Source: an uncultured cyanobacterium
GTDB taxonomy: Bacteria > Cyanobacteriota > Cyanobacteriia > Cyanobacteriales > CAWCAG01
Length of the DNA: 64,000 nt
Assembly: GCA_963803805.1 (NCBI GenBank)
Contig: CAWDOD010000008.1
Span: forward strand, 32,001-96,000
Direction of reading: 5' to 3'
The number at the start of each line of letters is the position of its first letter. The stretch's first letter is position 1. The position numbers and the translations under genes are program-made. Positions 1-9,019 of this stretch are shown here, in pieces. The notes under the pieces are model-generated. The model was not told the origin of the DNA. It saw only the letters and a list, made by a program, of their open reading frames with translations, and ran no database searches.

Positions 1-443
1 GTCAACCTTTAAAAGAGCATCCAGAAAATTTAGCTGAAGCTTTTACCCTTGGTGCTAAGCATTACCAAAGAATAGTTTTCCTTATTCTTAATGGATTTGG
101 GCAACTAGTTGGTAATTTTGGTGAAACAGCTAAGCAAGTTGCCGGCCCAGTAGCTATTGTCGCTATGGGAGCAAATATTGCTAGTTCTAATGCTGGAAGC
201 TTGTTTGAATTTGCTGCCTTAATTAGCGTTAACTTAGCAATCATCAATATTTTACCCTTACCGGCTTTAGATGGTGGTCAGTTGGCTTTATTATTAGTTG
301 AAGCCTTACGGGGCAAACCTTTACCAAGTAGACTCCAAGATGGCATCATGCAAACGGGATTTTTGCTTTTAATGGGTTTGGGTGTATTCTTAATTGTCCG
401 AGATACTGTTAATTTAACTAACTTACAGCAATTATTTCAGTAG
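1..443 (+). CDS. rseP: RIP metalloprotease RseP, C-terminal part (5' end outside window)
   Basis: Frame open from position 3; GPVAIV and NLAIINILPLPALDGG motifs of site-2 proteases. Confidence 0.93.
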   Translation, partial: QPLKEHPENLAEAFTLGAKHYQRIVFLILNGFGQLVGNFGETAKQVAGPVAIVAMGANIASSNAGSLFEFAALISVNLAIINILPLPALDGGQLALLLVEALRGKPLPSRLQDGIMQTGFLLLMGLGVFLIVRDTVNLTNLQQLFQ

Positions 444-471
444 TTAAAAGGGAGTGGGGAGTAGGGAGTAA

Positions 472-1134
472 ATGGGTAAATGGTCTAGTGATAGAGAGCG
501 AGCTTTAGAAATTTTAGTTCGCCTCAAAAGGCTCTATCCTGATGCTACTTGCACCCTAGATTATGAAACTACGGTACAACTACTTGTCGCAACTATACTT
601 TCCGCTCAATGTACCGACGAAAGGGTTAATAAAGTTACCCCAGCCCTCTTCCAACGCTTTCCTGATGCTGCTTCTTTGGCTGGGTCTGATTTAACAGAAT
701 TAGAACAACTCATTCGTTCTACTGGCTTCTACCGCAATAAGGCGAAGAATATTCAAGGTGCTTGTAGCTTAATTGAAACTAAGTTCGGCGGCCAAGTTCC
801 CCAAGAAATGGCAGAGCTACTAACCTTGCCAGGGGTTGCCCGCAAAACCGCTAACGTTGTGCTAGCCAACGGCTATGGCAAAATTCAAGGTGTAACCGTA
901 GATACCCACGTCAAACGCCTTAGTCAGCGTCTCGGCTTAACCCAAAGCGATAAACCAGTTCCTATAGAAAAAGATTTAATGGAGCTTTTACCGCAACCTG
1001 ACTGGGAAAATTGGTCAATTCGCTTAATTTACCACGGTCGAGTAATTTGCAAAGCCCGCAAACCTAATTGCCCAGAATGTCAATTGGCCGATTTGTGTCC
1101 TAGCGCGGAATCAAGGATCAATAATCGGTTGTAG
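472..1134 (+). CDS. nth: Endonuclease III
   Basis: LVATILSAQCTD, HhH LPGVARKTA, VDTHVKR, C-x6-C-x2-C-x5-C Fe-S motif. Confidence 0.97.
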   Translation: MGKWSSDRERALEILVRLKRLYPDATCTLDYETTVQLLVATILSAQCTDERVNKVTPALFQRFPDAASLAGSDLTELEQLIRSTGFYRNKAKNIQGACSLIETKFGGQVPQEMAELLTLPGVARKTANVVLANGYGKIQGVTVDTHVKRLSQRLGLTQSDKPVPIEKDLMELLPQPDWENWSIRLIYHGRVICKARKPNCPECQLADLCPSAESRINNRL

Positions 1135-1210
1135 GGGGGAACCGTTTTCTGTAGGGGCGACCCGTTTTCCCAGTATGATTAATAAACTAAAGTTTAAATT
1201 GGGTCGCCCT
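1131..1210 (+). repeat. GTAG-led REP-like palindrome (GTAGGGGCGACCC...GGGTCGCCC) preceded by a degenerate 20-nt partial copy
   Basis: Inverted arms GGGCGACCC/GGGTCGCCC; near-identical copy at 47976-48033. Confidence 0.75.
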
Positions 1211-1283
1211 GCTACTAAGCCGGTCAAACTTGGTCTAAAATAGTAAAGTAATATCTTCAAACTGGAAAATAGTATCTAATTTT

Positions 1284-1586
1284 ATGGCTAAGAAGTCTAT
1301 GATTGAGCGCGAAAAAAAGCGCCAAAAATTTATTGACAAATATGCAGATAAAAGAGCGGCTTTAAAAGAAGAATTTAGAACCGCCTCCTCACAGCTAGAA
1401 AAGCTAGAAATTCACCGCAAAATCCAAAACTTACCCCGTAACAGCGCCCCTAGTCGTAAACGCAACCGTTGCTGGGTTACAGGTCGTCCTCGTGGTTATT
1501 ATCGTGATTTTGGCCTTTCCCGCAACGTCTTCCGAGAATGGGCCCATGAAGGGTTATTACCTGGGGTTGTTAAGTCTAGTTGGTAA
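1284..1586 (+). CDS. rpsN: 30S ribosomal protein S14
   Basis: [10 protein letters not shown]...[21 protein letters not shown]...GVVKSSW. Confidence 0.99.
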   Translation: MAKKSMIEREKKRQKFIDKYADKRAALKEEFRTASSQLEKLEIHRKIQNLPRNSAPSRKRNRCWVTGRPRGYYRDFGLSRNVFREWAHEGLLPGVVKSSW

Positions 1587-1667
1587 GTAAAGTAGGGAGT
1601 AGGGGGTAGGGAGTAGGAAGTGGTTACTTTGTCTTGACCTATTACCTATTACCTATTGCCTAATTAT

Positions 1668-2003
1668 TCAGTTTCCGCAACAATGGTCAATGCCGAGGCT
1701 ATCTAAAATTAGCTCACTAACAGCATTAGCGATCGCAAACTCACTATAAAAGCTTTCTCGAAAATCAAAAGCTTCCATCTCCGTTAAAATAGCAATTACC
1801 AGACAACCAAGATCGTTTTCTCCTTCCAAACGATGGCGGACATAAATTTGAGAAGCTCTTTGGGCAATAGTTAAGTTAATTTTTTCTGGGATAAACTCTT
1901 CGTTAAGCCAGTTATATAAAGAAGTTTTCAACCATTCACCTTCCTGTTCTGGATTTTGAGCCGGAGGTAAAGTCACAGGTGGTATGGGTTTGAATTCTGC
2001 CAT
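1668..2003 (-). CDS. Conserved cyanobacterial hypothetical protein
   Basis: 111 aa ORF filling the intergenic gap; resembles a conserved cyanobacterial/plastid family (WLNEEFIPE, FAIANAVSE). Confidence 0.75.
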   Translation of the reverse strand: MAEFKPIPPVTLPPAQNPEQEGEWLKTSLYNWLNEEFIPEKINLTIAQRASQIYVRHRLEGENDLGCLVIAILTEMEAFDFRESFYSEFAIANAVSELILDSLGIDHCCGN

Positions 2004-2126
2004 TTTTCTATAAATTAATAAGTTATAAAATATGAATTATAAATCGTCAATTTCTAACGGACTGACTTGCGAAAGCAACTTAGTCTAACAGTAACGCTAA
2101 TATGCCTAACCCTGAATCAATAAACT

Positions 2127-2702
2127 ATGGAATATGATATTCATTCCATAATCGAAGGCTACAGCCAAGGATATTTTCTGATGGCAGGGGAAACTGGTCA
2201 ACTAGGCTGGTATGCGAGTCGTAAAAGGGCGTTAATTCCCCTTGACAACAAATTTCGTTACCCCAAGTCCTTACAAAGAGTTTTGAACCAAAATCGCTTT
2301 TCTGTAGCTATTAATCGCGATTTTCAAGCAGTGTGTGAAGGTTGTGCAGACAGGGAGACGACTTGGATTTCCCCTGAACTTATGGAAATTTACTGGACTT
2401 TATATCAAGAAGGTTGGGCCCATAGCTTTGAAACTTGGCAAGGCGATCGCTTAGCAGGGGGGATTTTGGGTCTTACTATCCAAGGAGTATTTATTGGTGA
2501 ATCAATGTTTTATAATATTCCTGATGGCTCAAAGGTAGCTATGGTTAGGTTAGTAGAACATTTGCGGAAAAGAAATTTTGTGCTTTTTGATGCCCAAATG
2601 CAAAATCCTCACTTAGCCCGTTTTGGTTCTTACATTGTCACTGAAGAAGAGTATCAAGTTTTTCTGAAACAAGCTCTATTAAAGCATTGTTTTTTTCTTT
2701 AA
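2127..2702 (+). CDS. aat: Leucyl/phenylalanyl-tRNA--protein transferase
   Basis: TWIS, AHSFETW, GESMF, SKVAM, LFDAQ..NPHL motifs. Confidence 0.95.
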   Translation: MEYDIHSIIEGYSQGYFLMAGETGQLGWYASRKRALIPLDNKFRYPKSLQRVLNQNRFSVAINRDFQAVCEGCADRETTWISPELMEIYWTLYQEGWAHSFETWQGDRLAGGILGLTIQGVFIGESMFYNIPDGSKVAMVRLVEHLRKRNFVLFDAQMQNPHLARFGSYIVTEEEYQVFLKQALLKHCFFL

Positions 2703-3119
2703 AGTACGAACAGGGCATTGATGAAGAGAAAAGCCAGAGATATGAGCAAAGTTATTCTACTCCGTTACCACCATTGAAATATTGTTTACACTCAAGTTAA
2801 ATAATTCTGATCATACGTCCAGCATCGTTTTTTGTCTGTTTGCTGTCGCAACGCCGGATTTTAGGAACCAATTGCTGGTAAACTATGATAGTAACAAGCC
2901 ATTGCCAATGAATCATCATTGGTTAGCGCGATCATTTCATTTGTGGTCGCCGGAGTGAAACCTTATCTTTTAGCGCACGACGCATCTGGATGTAGATGCT
3001 AATGGAGTGGCGGTTTGACTCGCTGCTCACCTGGATGCGTGGAGCCAGCTACCCAGGATTAGAGGCCACCTTTGCCTGCCGTCCTGACCCCTAAGACCTG
3101 ATTAAGGAGGAATTACAAA

Positions 3120-4238
3120 GTGGATTTTTTGTCCGATTTCTTGACGCGCTTCCTGGCGCAGTTGCAGTCCCCGACACTCGGCTTTCTGATTGGTGGTATG
3201 GTCATTGCCGCCGTCAATAGCCGACTGCAAATTCCAGATGCGATCTATAAGTTCATCGTCTTTATGCTGCTCATGAATGTCGGACTGGAGGGCGGCATTT
3301 CGATCCGCGAGGCCAATCTAGCGGAGATGCTATTGCCCGCGCTGTTCGCCGTAGCAATAGGGATACTTATCGTGTTCATCGGGCGCTATACCTTGGCTAA
3401 GCTACCGAAAGTCAAAACCCTTGATGCCATTGCGACCGCGGGATTATTCGGTGCCGTGAGTGGCTCTACCCTCGCTGCCGCCCTGACGCTACTAGGAGAG
3501 CAAGGCATGAGATACGAGGCCTGGGCCGGCGCACTCTATCCCTTCATGGACATCCCAGCCCTCGTCACTGCAATCGTCTTGGCCAGCATTTATACCAAAA
3601 AGCAGCGCGGTACAGCAGACGAGTATCGCAGCGAGCAAGAGTATCTCAGCAAGCAGAGCGGTACAGCAGACGAGTATCGTAGCGAGCAGGGTATTACTGC
3701 ACGCGGGTATCCCAATCGCGGTACTGTAGACGAGCGGGTCAAGGTATGGCCCATCATCAAGGAAAGTCTCCAAGGGTCTGCCTTATCGGCACTGCTGCTC
3801 GGCATCGCCCTAGGCCTGCTAACTCGGCCGGAAAGTGTTTTTGAAAGCTTCTACGAACCCCTCTTCCGTGGTCTGCTTTCGATACTGATGCTGGTAATGG
3901 GTATGGAGGCAACGGCAAGGCTCAGCGAGCTGCGCAAGGTGGCCCAGTGGTACGCCGTATATGCTCTAGTGGCGCCGCTGCTGCATGGACTCATAGGCTT
4001 TGGCCTCGGCTGGATTGCCCATGTTACCACCGGATTCAGCCCTGGCGGTGTCGTGATCCTGGCCGTCATCGCCGCCTCCAGTTCAGACATCTCAGGTCCG
4101 CCCACTTTACGAGCCGGTATCCCGTCTGCCAATCCCTCTGCCTACATCGGCTCGTCCACAGCCGTTGGTACGCCGGTTGCAATTGCCTTGGGAATACCGC
4201 TCTACATCGGACTCGCCCAGGCGCTGATGGGCGGCTAA
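3120..4238 (+). CDS. sbtA: Sodium-dependent bicarbonate transporter SbtA
   Basis: MDFLS..QLQSPTL, FGAVSGST, YPFMDIPALVTA, ASSSDISGPPTLRAGIPSANPSAYIG match SbtA; GTG start with AAGGAGG RBS. Confidence 0.96.
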   Translation: MDFLSDFLTRFLAQLQSPTLGFLIGGMVIAAVNSRLQIPDAIYKFIVFMLLMNVGLEGGISIREANLAEMLLPALFAVAIGILIVFIGRYTLAKLPKVKTLDAIATAGLFGAVSGSTLAAALTLLGEQGMRYEAWAGALYPFMDIPALVTAIVLASIYTKKQRGTADEYRSEQEYLSKQSGTADEYRSEQGITARGYPNRGTVDERVKVWPIIKESLQGSALSALLLGIALGLLTRPESVFESFYEPLFRGLLSILMLVMGMEATARLSELRKVAQWYAVYALVAPLLHGLIGFGLGWIAHVTTGFSPGGVVILAVIAASSSDISGPPTLRAGIPSANPSAYIGSSTAVGTPVAIALGIPLYIGLAQALMGG

Positions 4239-4286
4239 TCCTGGAGTCGTCTCCATTCAACGTCTCGCCTGCGCGAAACACGTCCA

Positions 4287-4320
4287 CCAAAAAGCCAGGG
4301 CATGACCCCGGCTTTCTTGG
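4287..4320. terminator. Hairpin between convergent sbtA and sbtB, likely bidirectional terminator
   Basis: CCAAAAAGCCAGGG-catga-CCCCGGCTTTCTTGG imperfect inverted repeat. Confidence 0.6.
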
Positions 4321-4347
4321 TTTGATTTGCTCGGTTGGGTTTTGAGA

Positions 4348-4698
<351 letters not shown>

Positions 4699-5001
4699 CT
4701 ACACAGAAACTCAGGAAAACGGCAGCACCGTGCGCTATCGCGTTCGTATACACGTTGCGTAATAGCGCGCTTGCCATAGTAATTACGCTAGCATCATACC
4801 ATCAATCAGTCAAGAGGAGATGCACTAGGGGTTGAGCCGAGATACGTGTAAATTGTGCCACATCTTCCTCTAAAGCCGTTTTTCCTGTTCTAAGGGATCA
4901 TTAAGAGATAATCGCAATTATATGTAGCCAACAATTTGTTTTGTCATTTGTTATTTTTTGCGCCACTATAATAATCAATTCCTAAACCTGAACTCATCAA
5001 C

Positions 5002-6477
5002 ATGGTACAAACACCTGTACGCACAACAACGAAAGAACTCGCCTCCTTAGCTATAGATTTGATTGTTCAAGCTGGTTGTGAATATGGAGATATACGCCTT
5101 TGCACCTATCGCCACCAGAGGTTAATGGCACGCGATCGCTCTTTAAAAAACTTAGCAGATGATCTTAGTTCCGGTTTTGGGATTCGAGTCCTTTTCCAGG
5201 GGGCTTGGGGTTTTGCGGCTAGTTATAAAAAGAGTCCAGAAGAAGTAACGAGGGTGGTTAATTTAGCTATAGAAACTGCTAAAGCTAGTCGTCTTTCGCA
5301 ACAAGAAGCCGTCAGATTAGTACCTGTCCCTGCCTACCAAGATAGTTATACTACCCCCATTCAAATAGATCCTTTTGCCATATCCATTGGCGAGAAAGCC
5401 CAATTCTTGTTGGAGATTAACGAAAAGTTACTTAGCTATGAAAATCAAGGGATTAAAAAAGCCTATTCTTTCCTTAGTTTTACTTGCGAAGAAAAAACCT
5501 TTGCTTCCACAGAAGGATCTTTAATTCAACAAACTATTTACCGTAGTTATCCCGGCTTTGGTTGCACGGCAATCGCTGATGGAGATGCCCAAAGTCGTAG
5601 TTATGAACGTCCTCCTTTAAATTTAGGTTACGAACATATTGATAAATTAGATTTGCTGGGCAATGTAGATAGAGTTGCTACAGAAGCAATTGAGAAAGTT
5701 GGCGCACCGGAAACGCCTTCTGGGGCGACAACTTTAATTCTCAAACCTAGTAATCTTTATCTAACCATACACGAATCTGTAGGGCATCCTACAGAGTTAG
5801 ATAGAGTTTACGGTTACGAAGCGAACTTTGCCGGGACTAGCTTCGCCACCACCGATAAACTAGGAAAATTAGTCTATGCGGCCCCTTGGATTAATTTTAA
5901 GGCAGATCGTACCCAACCTGGCGGTAGGGGAACTATGGGTTATGACGATGAGGGAGTGAAATCCCAAGAATGGTACGTGGTTAAGGATGGCATTTTGGTA
6001 GACTACCTCACTGATAGAGAAACCGCCTATCGCTTGGGTAGAGATAGCAGTAATGGTAGTTCCTATGCTGATAGTTGGGCTAGTGTCCCCATGGTACGCA
6101 TTCCCAACCTTGGTTTAGAGCCAGGAGAAGAAGGAGGGAGTCATACCGCTACTTTAGCAGAAATGATTGCTGACACTGAAGATGGTATTCTCATTGACGG
6201 TATTGGTAGCTTTTCTATTGATCAACAGCGCCGTAATTTCCAATTTGGTGGTGATGCTTTCTGGAAGGTGGAGGGGGGAAAAGTAGTCGGTATGCTAAAA
6301 AATGTTACCTATCACAGTATGACTACAGATTTTTGGCGTAAGGTAGATGCGGTTGGTTCTGCTTCTCAAAGAAGGCAATGCGGTACTTCTTTCTGTGGTA
6401 AAGGTGAACCCATGCAATTAGCCCAAATGACCCATGCTTGCGTACCAGTTAGGGTTAATAATATTCAGGTTGGGTAG
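5002..6477 (+). CDS. tldD: TldD/PmbA family metalloprotease (TldD type)
   Basis: HESVGH zinc motif, GFGIRV..GAWGFA, YDDEG, C-terminal CGKGEPMQ. Confidence 0.92.
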   Translation: MVQTPVRTTTKELASLAIDLIVQAGCEYGDIRLCTYRHQRLMARDRSLKNLADDLSSGFGIRVLFQGAWGFAASYKKSPEEVTRVVNLAIETAKASRLSQQEAVRLVPVPAYQDSYTTPIQIDPFAISIGEKAQFLLEINEKLLSYENQGIKKAYSFLSFTCEEKTFASTEGSLIQQTIYRSYPGFGCTAIADGDAQSRSYERPPLNLGYEHIDKLDLLGNVDRVATEAIEKVGAPETPSGATTLILKPSNLYLTIHESVGHPTELDRVYGYEANFAGTSFATTDKLGKLVYAAPWINFKADRTQPGGRGTMGYDDEGVKSQEWYVVKDGILVDYLTDRETAYRLGRDSSNGSSYADSWASVPMVRIPNLGLEPGEEGGSHTATLAEMIADTEDGILIDGIGSFSIDQQRRNFQFGGDAFWKVEGGKVVGMLKNVTYHSMTTDFWRKVDAVGSASQRRQCGTSFCGKGEPMQLAQMTHACVPVRVNNIQVG

Positions 6478-6512
6478 TTGCTAGTTGCTAATTGCTAGTT
6501 GCTATAGTTGCT
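6475..6512. repeat. Heptamer short tandem repeat (TAGTTGC)n
   Basis: About 5 degenerate copies; same unit at 13805-13836. Confidence 0.8.
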
Positions 6513-6521
6513 ATTTGTCAA

Positions 6522-6567
6522 AACTCTAACTCCCTCTCCTGCTAGGAGAGGGGTTGGGGGAGAGGTT
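6522..6567. repeat. Small dispersed palindromic repeat CCCTCTCCT-nnn-AGGAGAGGG
   Basis: Perfect 9-bp inverted repeat; second copy at 45449-45469. Confidence 0.7.
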
Positions 6568-6579
6568 TTTCTCTTAACC

Positions 6580-8106
6580 TTACTCCATTATCCCGTCAGG
6601 ATCTATAGGGATTTCTATCCAAAATTCCGTCCCCTTTCCAGGGACAGATTTGCATTTAATAATACCTCGATGATATTTAACAATAATTTGGTGACTTATA
6701 GATAAACCTAAACCTGTACCTTTTCCTACAGGCTTAGTGGTGAAAAAAGGCTCAAACAAATGCTCTTGTGTTGAGGGATTTATCCCTCCACCATTATCAT
6801 TAATTGTGATAGCAATCCGATCTGGTTTTTGTAATTTGGTACGTAGGTGAATTTGTGGTTTAGTGAAATTGCTATTTGACTTGCACTCTTCTTCTAACGC
6901 ATCTATGGCATTGCTGATTATATTCATAAATACCTGATTTAACTGACTAGGAAAGCAATTAATCAAAGGAAGTTTCCCATAGTCTTTAATTATTTTAATC
7001 TCTGGTCTTTTACCTCCTCCTTTTAAGCGATGTCTTAAAATCAATAGTGTATTGTTAATACCTTCGTGGATATCAACAAGCTTTCTCGTGGCTTCTTCCT
7101 GGCGAGAAAACTTACGTAGATTAAGGACAATTTGCTCGATACGTCCTGTTCCTAAATTCATGGATTTAAGGATTTTAGGTAAGTCTTGAACAAGATAGTC
7201 AAGCTCGATATCTTCTATTTTCTGCTCAATTTCTTTTTCGGGTAGAGGGTGATATTTTTGATAAAGTTCAAGAATGTCTAATAGGTCTTGAGTATAAGAT
7301 TGGGCATAGTTAATGTTGGCACTAATAAATGTTAAAGGATTATTGATTTCATGGGCTACACCAGCAACTAACTGACCCAAGGTAGACATTTTCTCTGCTT
7401 GGATAAGTTGAGTTTGAGTGGTTTGCAAATTTGCTAGAGCTTCTTTGATTTTTTCTGCTTGTTGACGGGCTTTCTTTTCTGCTGAGCGACTTTTCCTAAC
7501 TAGTTCAGCTTGTTCAAGATAAATTGATAATTCTTGAGCTTCTTTTTCCTTTTGATACTGACTAACTGCTGCATCTAAACTTTTGAGGAGAATTTTGCTC
7601 TGGGAAGAAACATCAAGAATATACTTCAAATGAACATTATCTAGCTGCCAATCTTCTCTTTTACTTTCAACAAAAGACTTAATAGCATGGAGATAATCTT
7701 GTACTTGTTTATCTAAATTAATTGGCGGTTCATAATAAATTCTTTTCACTGTAGATGAAGGTTGCCCTGGCAGATTCATACTAGCATCACCATGAATTAG
7801 TCCATAGTGGGCTTTACTCATCAAAGCAACAACCTCCAAAAGACTTTGGCGTAGCTTTCCTTGCTCCTCTATATCTGATGCAGAAACTAATCTTATGGCA
7901 TAAAGGGCTGCTTGTTGAGACAGCATTCTTTGCCTGCCGCTGATGTTGATTACCGCTGCATTAATTTCCTGCCAATTCACTATGTTATCTAGATTAAGTT
8001 GAGCGACCAAAGCTAAGAAAAATAGTAGTTCAAAAGTGAGGTTACTGGCGCAAGCAAAAAGAAAGCTTGTTGACCAAAAGGTAAATGAAGGTAGATTAGT
8101 AAACAC
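6580..8106 (-). CDS. Sensor histidine kinase with N-terminal PilJ/NarX-like four-helix sensor domain (start uncertain)
   Basis: AVINISGRQRMLSQ P-box-like motif; H-box GVAHEINNPL; N box LNQVFMNIISNAIDA; DNGGG, FFTTK, GTGLGL. Confidence 0.9.
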   Translation of the reverse strand: MFTNLPSFTFWSTSFLFACASNLTFELLFFLALVAQLNLDNIVNWQEINAAVINISGRQRMLSQQAALYAIRLVSASDIEEQGKLRQSLLEVVALMSKAHYGLIHGDASMNLPGQPSSTVKRIYYEPPINLDKQVQDYLHAIKSFVESKREDWQLDNVHLKYILDVSSQSKILLKSLDAAVSQYQKEKEAQELSIYLEQAELVRKSRSAEKKARQQAEKIKEALANLQTTQTQLIQAEKMSTLGQLVAGVAHEINNPLTFISANINYAQSYTQDLLDILELYQKYHPLPEKEIEQKIEDIELDYLVQDLPKILKSMNLGTGRIEQIVLNLRKFSRQEEATRKLVDIHEGINNTLLILRHRLKGGGKRPEIKIIKDYGKLPLINCFPSQLNQVFMNIISNAIDALEEECKSNSNFTKPQIHLRTKLQKPDRIAITINDNGGGINPSTQEHLFEPFFTTKPVGKGTGLGLSISHQIIVKYHRGIIKCKSVPGKGTEFWIEIPIDPDGIME

Positions 8107-8362
8107 ACCCTGAGAACTTTGGTGAGTAATTGGTTACTGACAATAGATGCTTTTTTCCGTTTGAGTTGAAAAAAAGCGGTGAAAGTACAAATAACTCATC
8201 CAAACTAGGATGAACTATAAATGTTCAGACAGTTGTACCTGTCGATACTAAATTCTCTAGTCCTAATAATTTAGTTAATAAATTGTAAGATGTAGTTATC
8301 ATTGATACCAAATAAGCAAAAAATACTTACAAGTGATAACATTTAAAAAACAGGTAGTCTAA

Positions 8363-8821
8363 ATGCAAAAAAGTATAAAGATTACTTCAGCCAGTCTTGA
8401 TAAGATCCGCAAACATAGTGAAAATGTTTATCCTGAAGAATGCTGTGGCTTACTTGTCGGAATACAACAGAATAGCAAAAAGATTGTCTATGAAGTTTGG
8501 CCTCAAAGAAACAGTTGGGGTGAAGAAGACTTGTTTTTAGGAGAAAATCTCCAATTCGATAAACGTCGTCGCTTCAGCATCGCCCCCCAAGCTTTATTAA
8601 AAGCACAGAAAGAAGCTAGAGAAATTGGCTTGGCTATTATCGGTATTTATCACTCTCACCCCAACTATCCTGCCCAGCCTTCAGAATTTGATCGGGCGAT
8701 CGCTTGGCAAGAATATTCTTATCTTATTGTGTCTGTACCCCAAGGCAAATCAGGAGATTTATTTAGTTGGGTACTTGATGATGAAAGTAAATTTCAATTG
8801 GAAGAAATAGTTGATTGTTAA
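8363..8821 (+). CDS. M67 family (Mov34/MPN/JAB) metallopeptidase
   Basis: YPEECCGLL and YHSHP...PSEFD JAMM motif. Confidence 0.92.
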   Translation: MQKSIKITSASLDKIRKHSENVYPEECCGLLVGIQQNSKKIVYEVWPQRNSWGEEDLFLGENLQFDKRRRFSIAPQALLKAQKEAREIGLAIIGIYHSHPNYPAQPSEFDRAIAWQEYSYLIVSVPQGKSGDLFSWVLDDESKFQLEEIVDC

Positions 8822-9019
8822 TGGCTAATAGCTAGTTGCATCCGCCTTGCCTACGGCAAGATAAACTCCCACGACTTCTCTAGCTTTTTCATGGGGAATA
8901 GTTTAAAAATTACAAACTCTTTTTTTATATCAAAAGTAACAACTATTATTGCAAATTCATGTTGAAGTCCTTCACCGACAGAAAGAAAGAATATACTTGA
9001 AAAGTCGGTTGGGTTTAAA

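Noticed and set aside
6508..6705. Short ORFs over palindromic repeats (6508-6705, also 45441-45656)
   Set aside because: Translations of dispersed repeats or antisense strands, with TTG starts and no coding signal.
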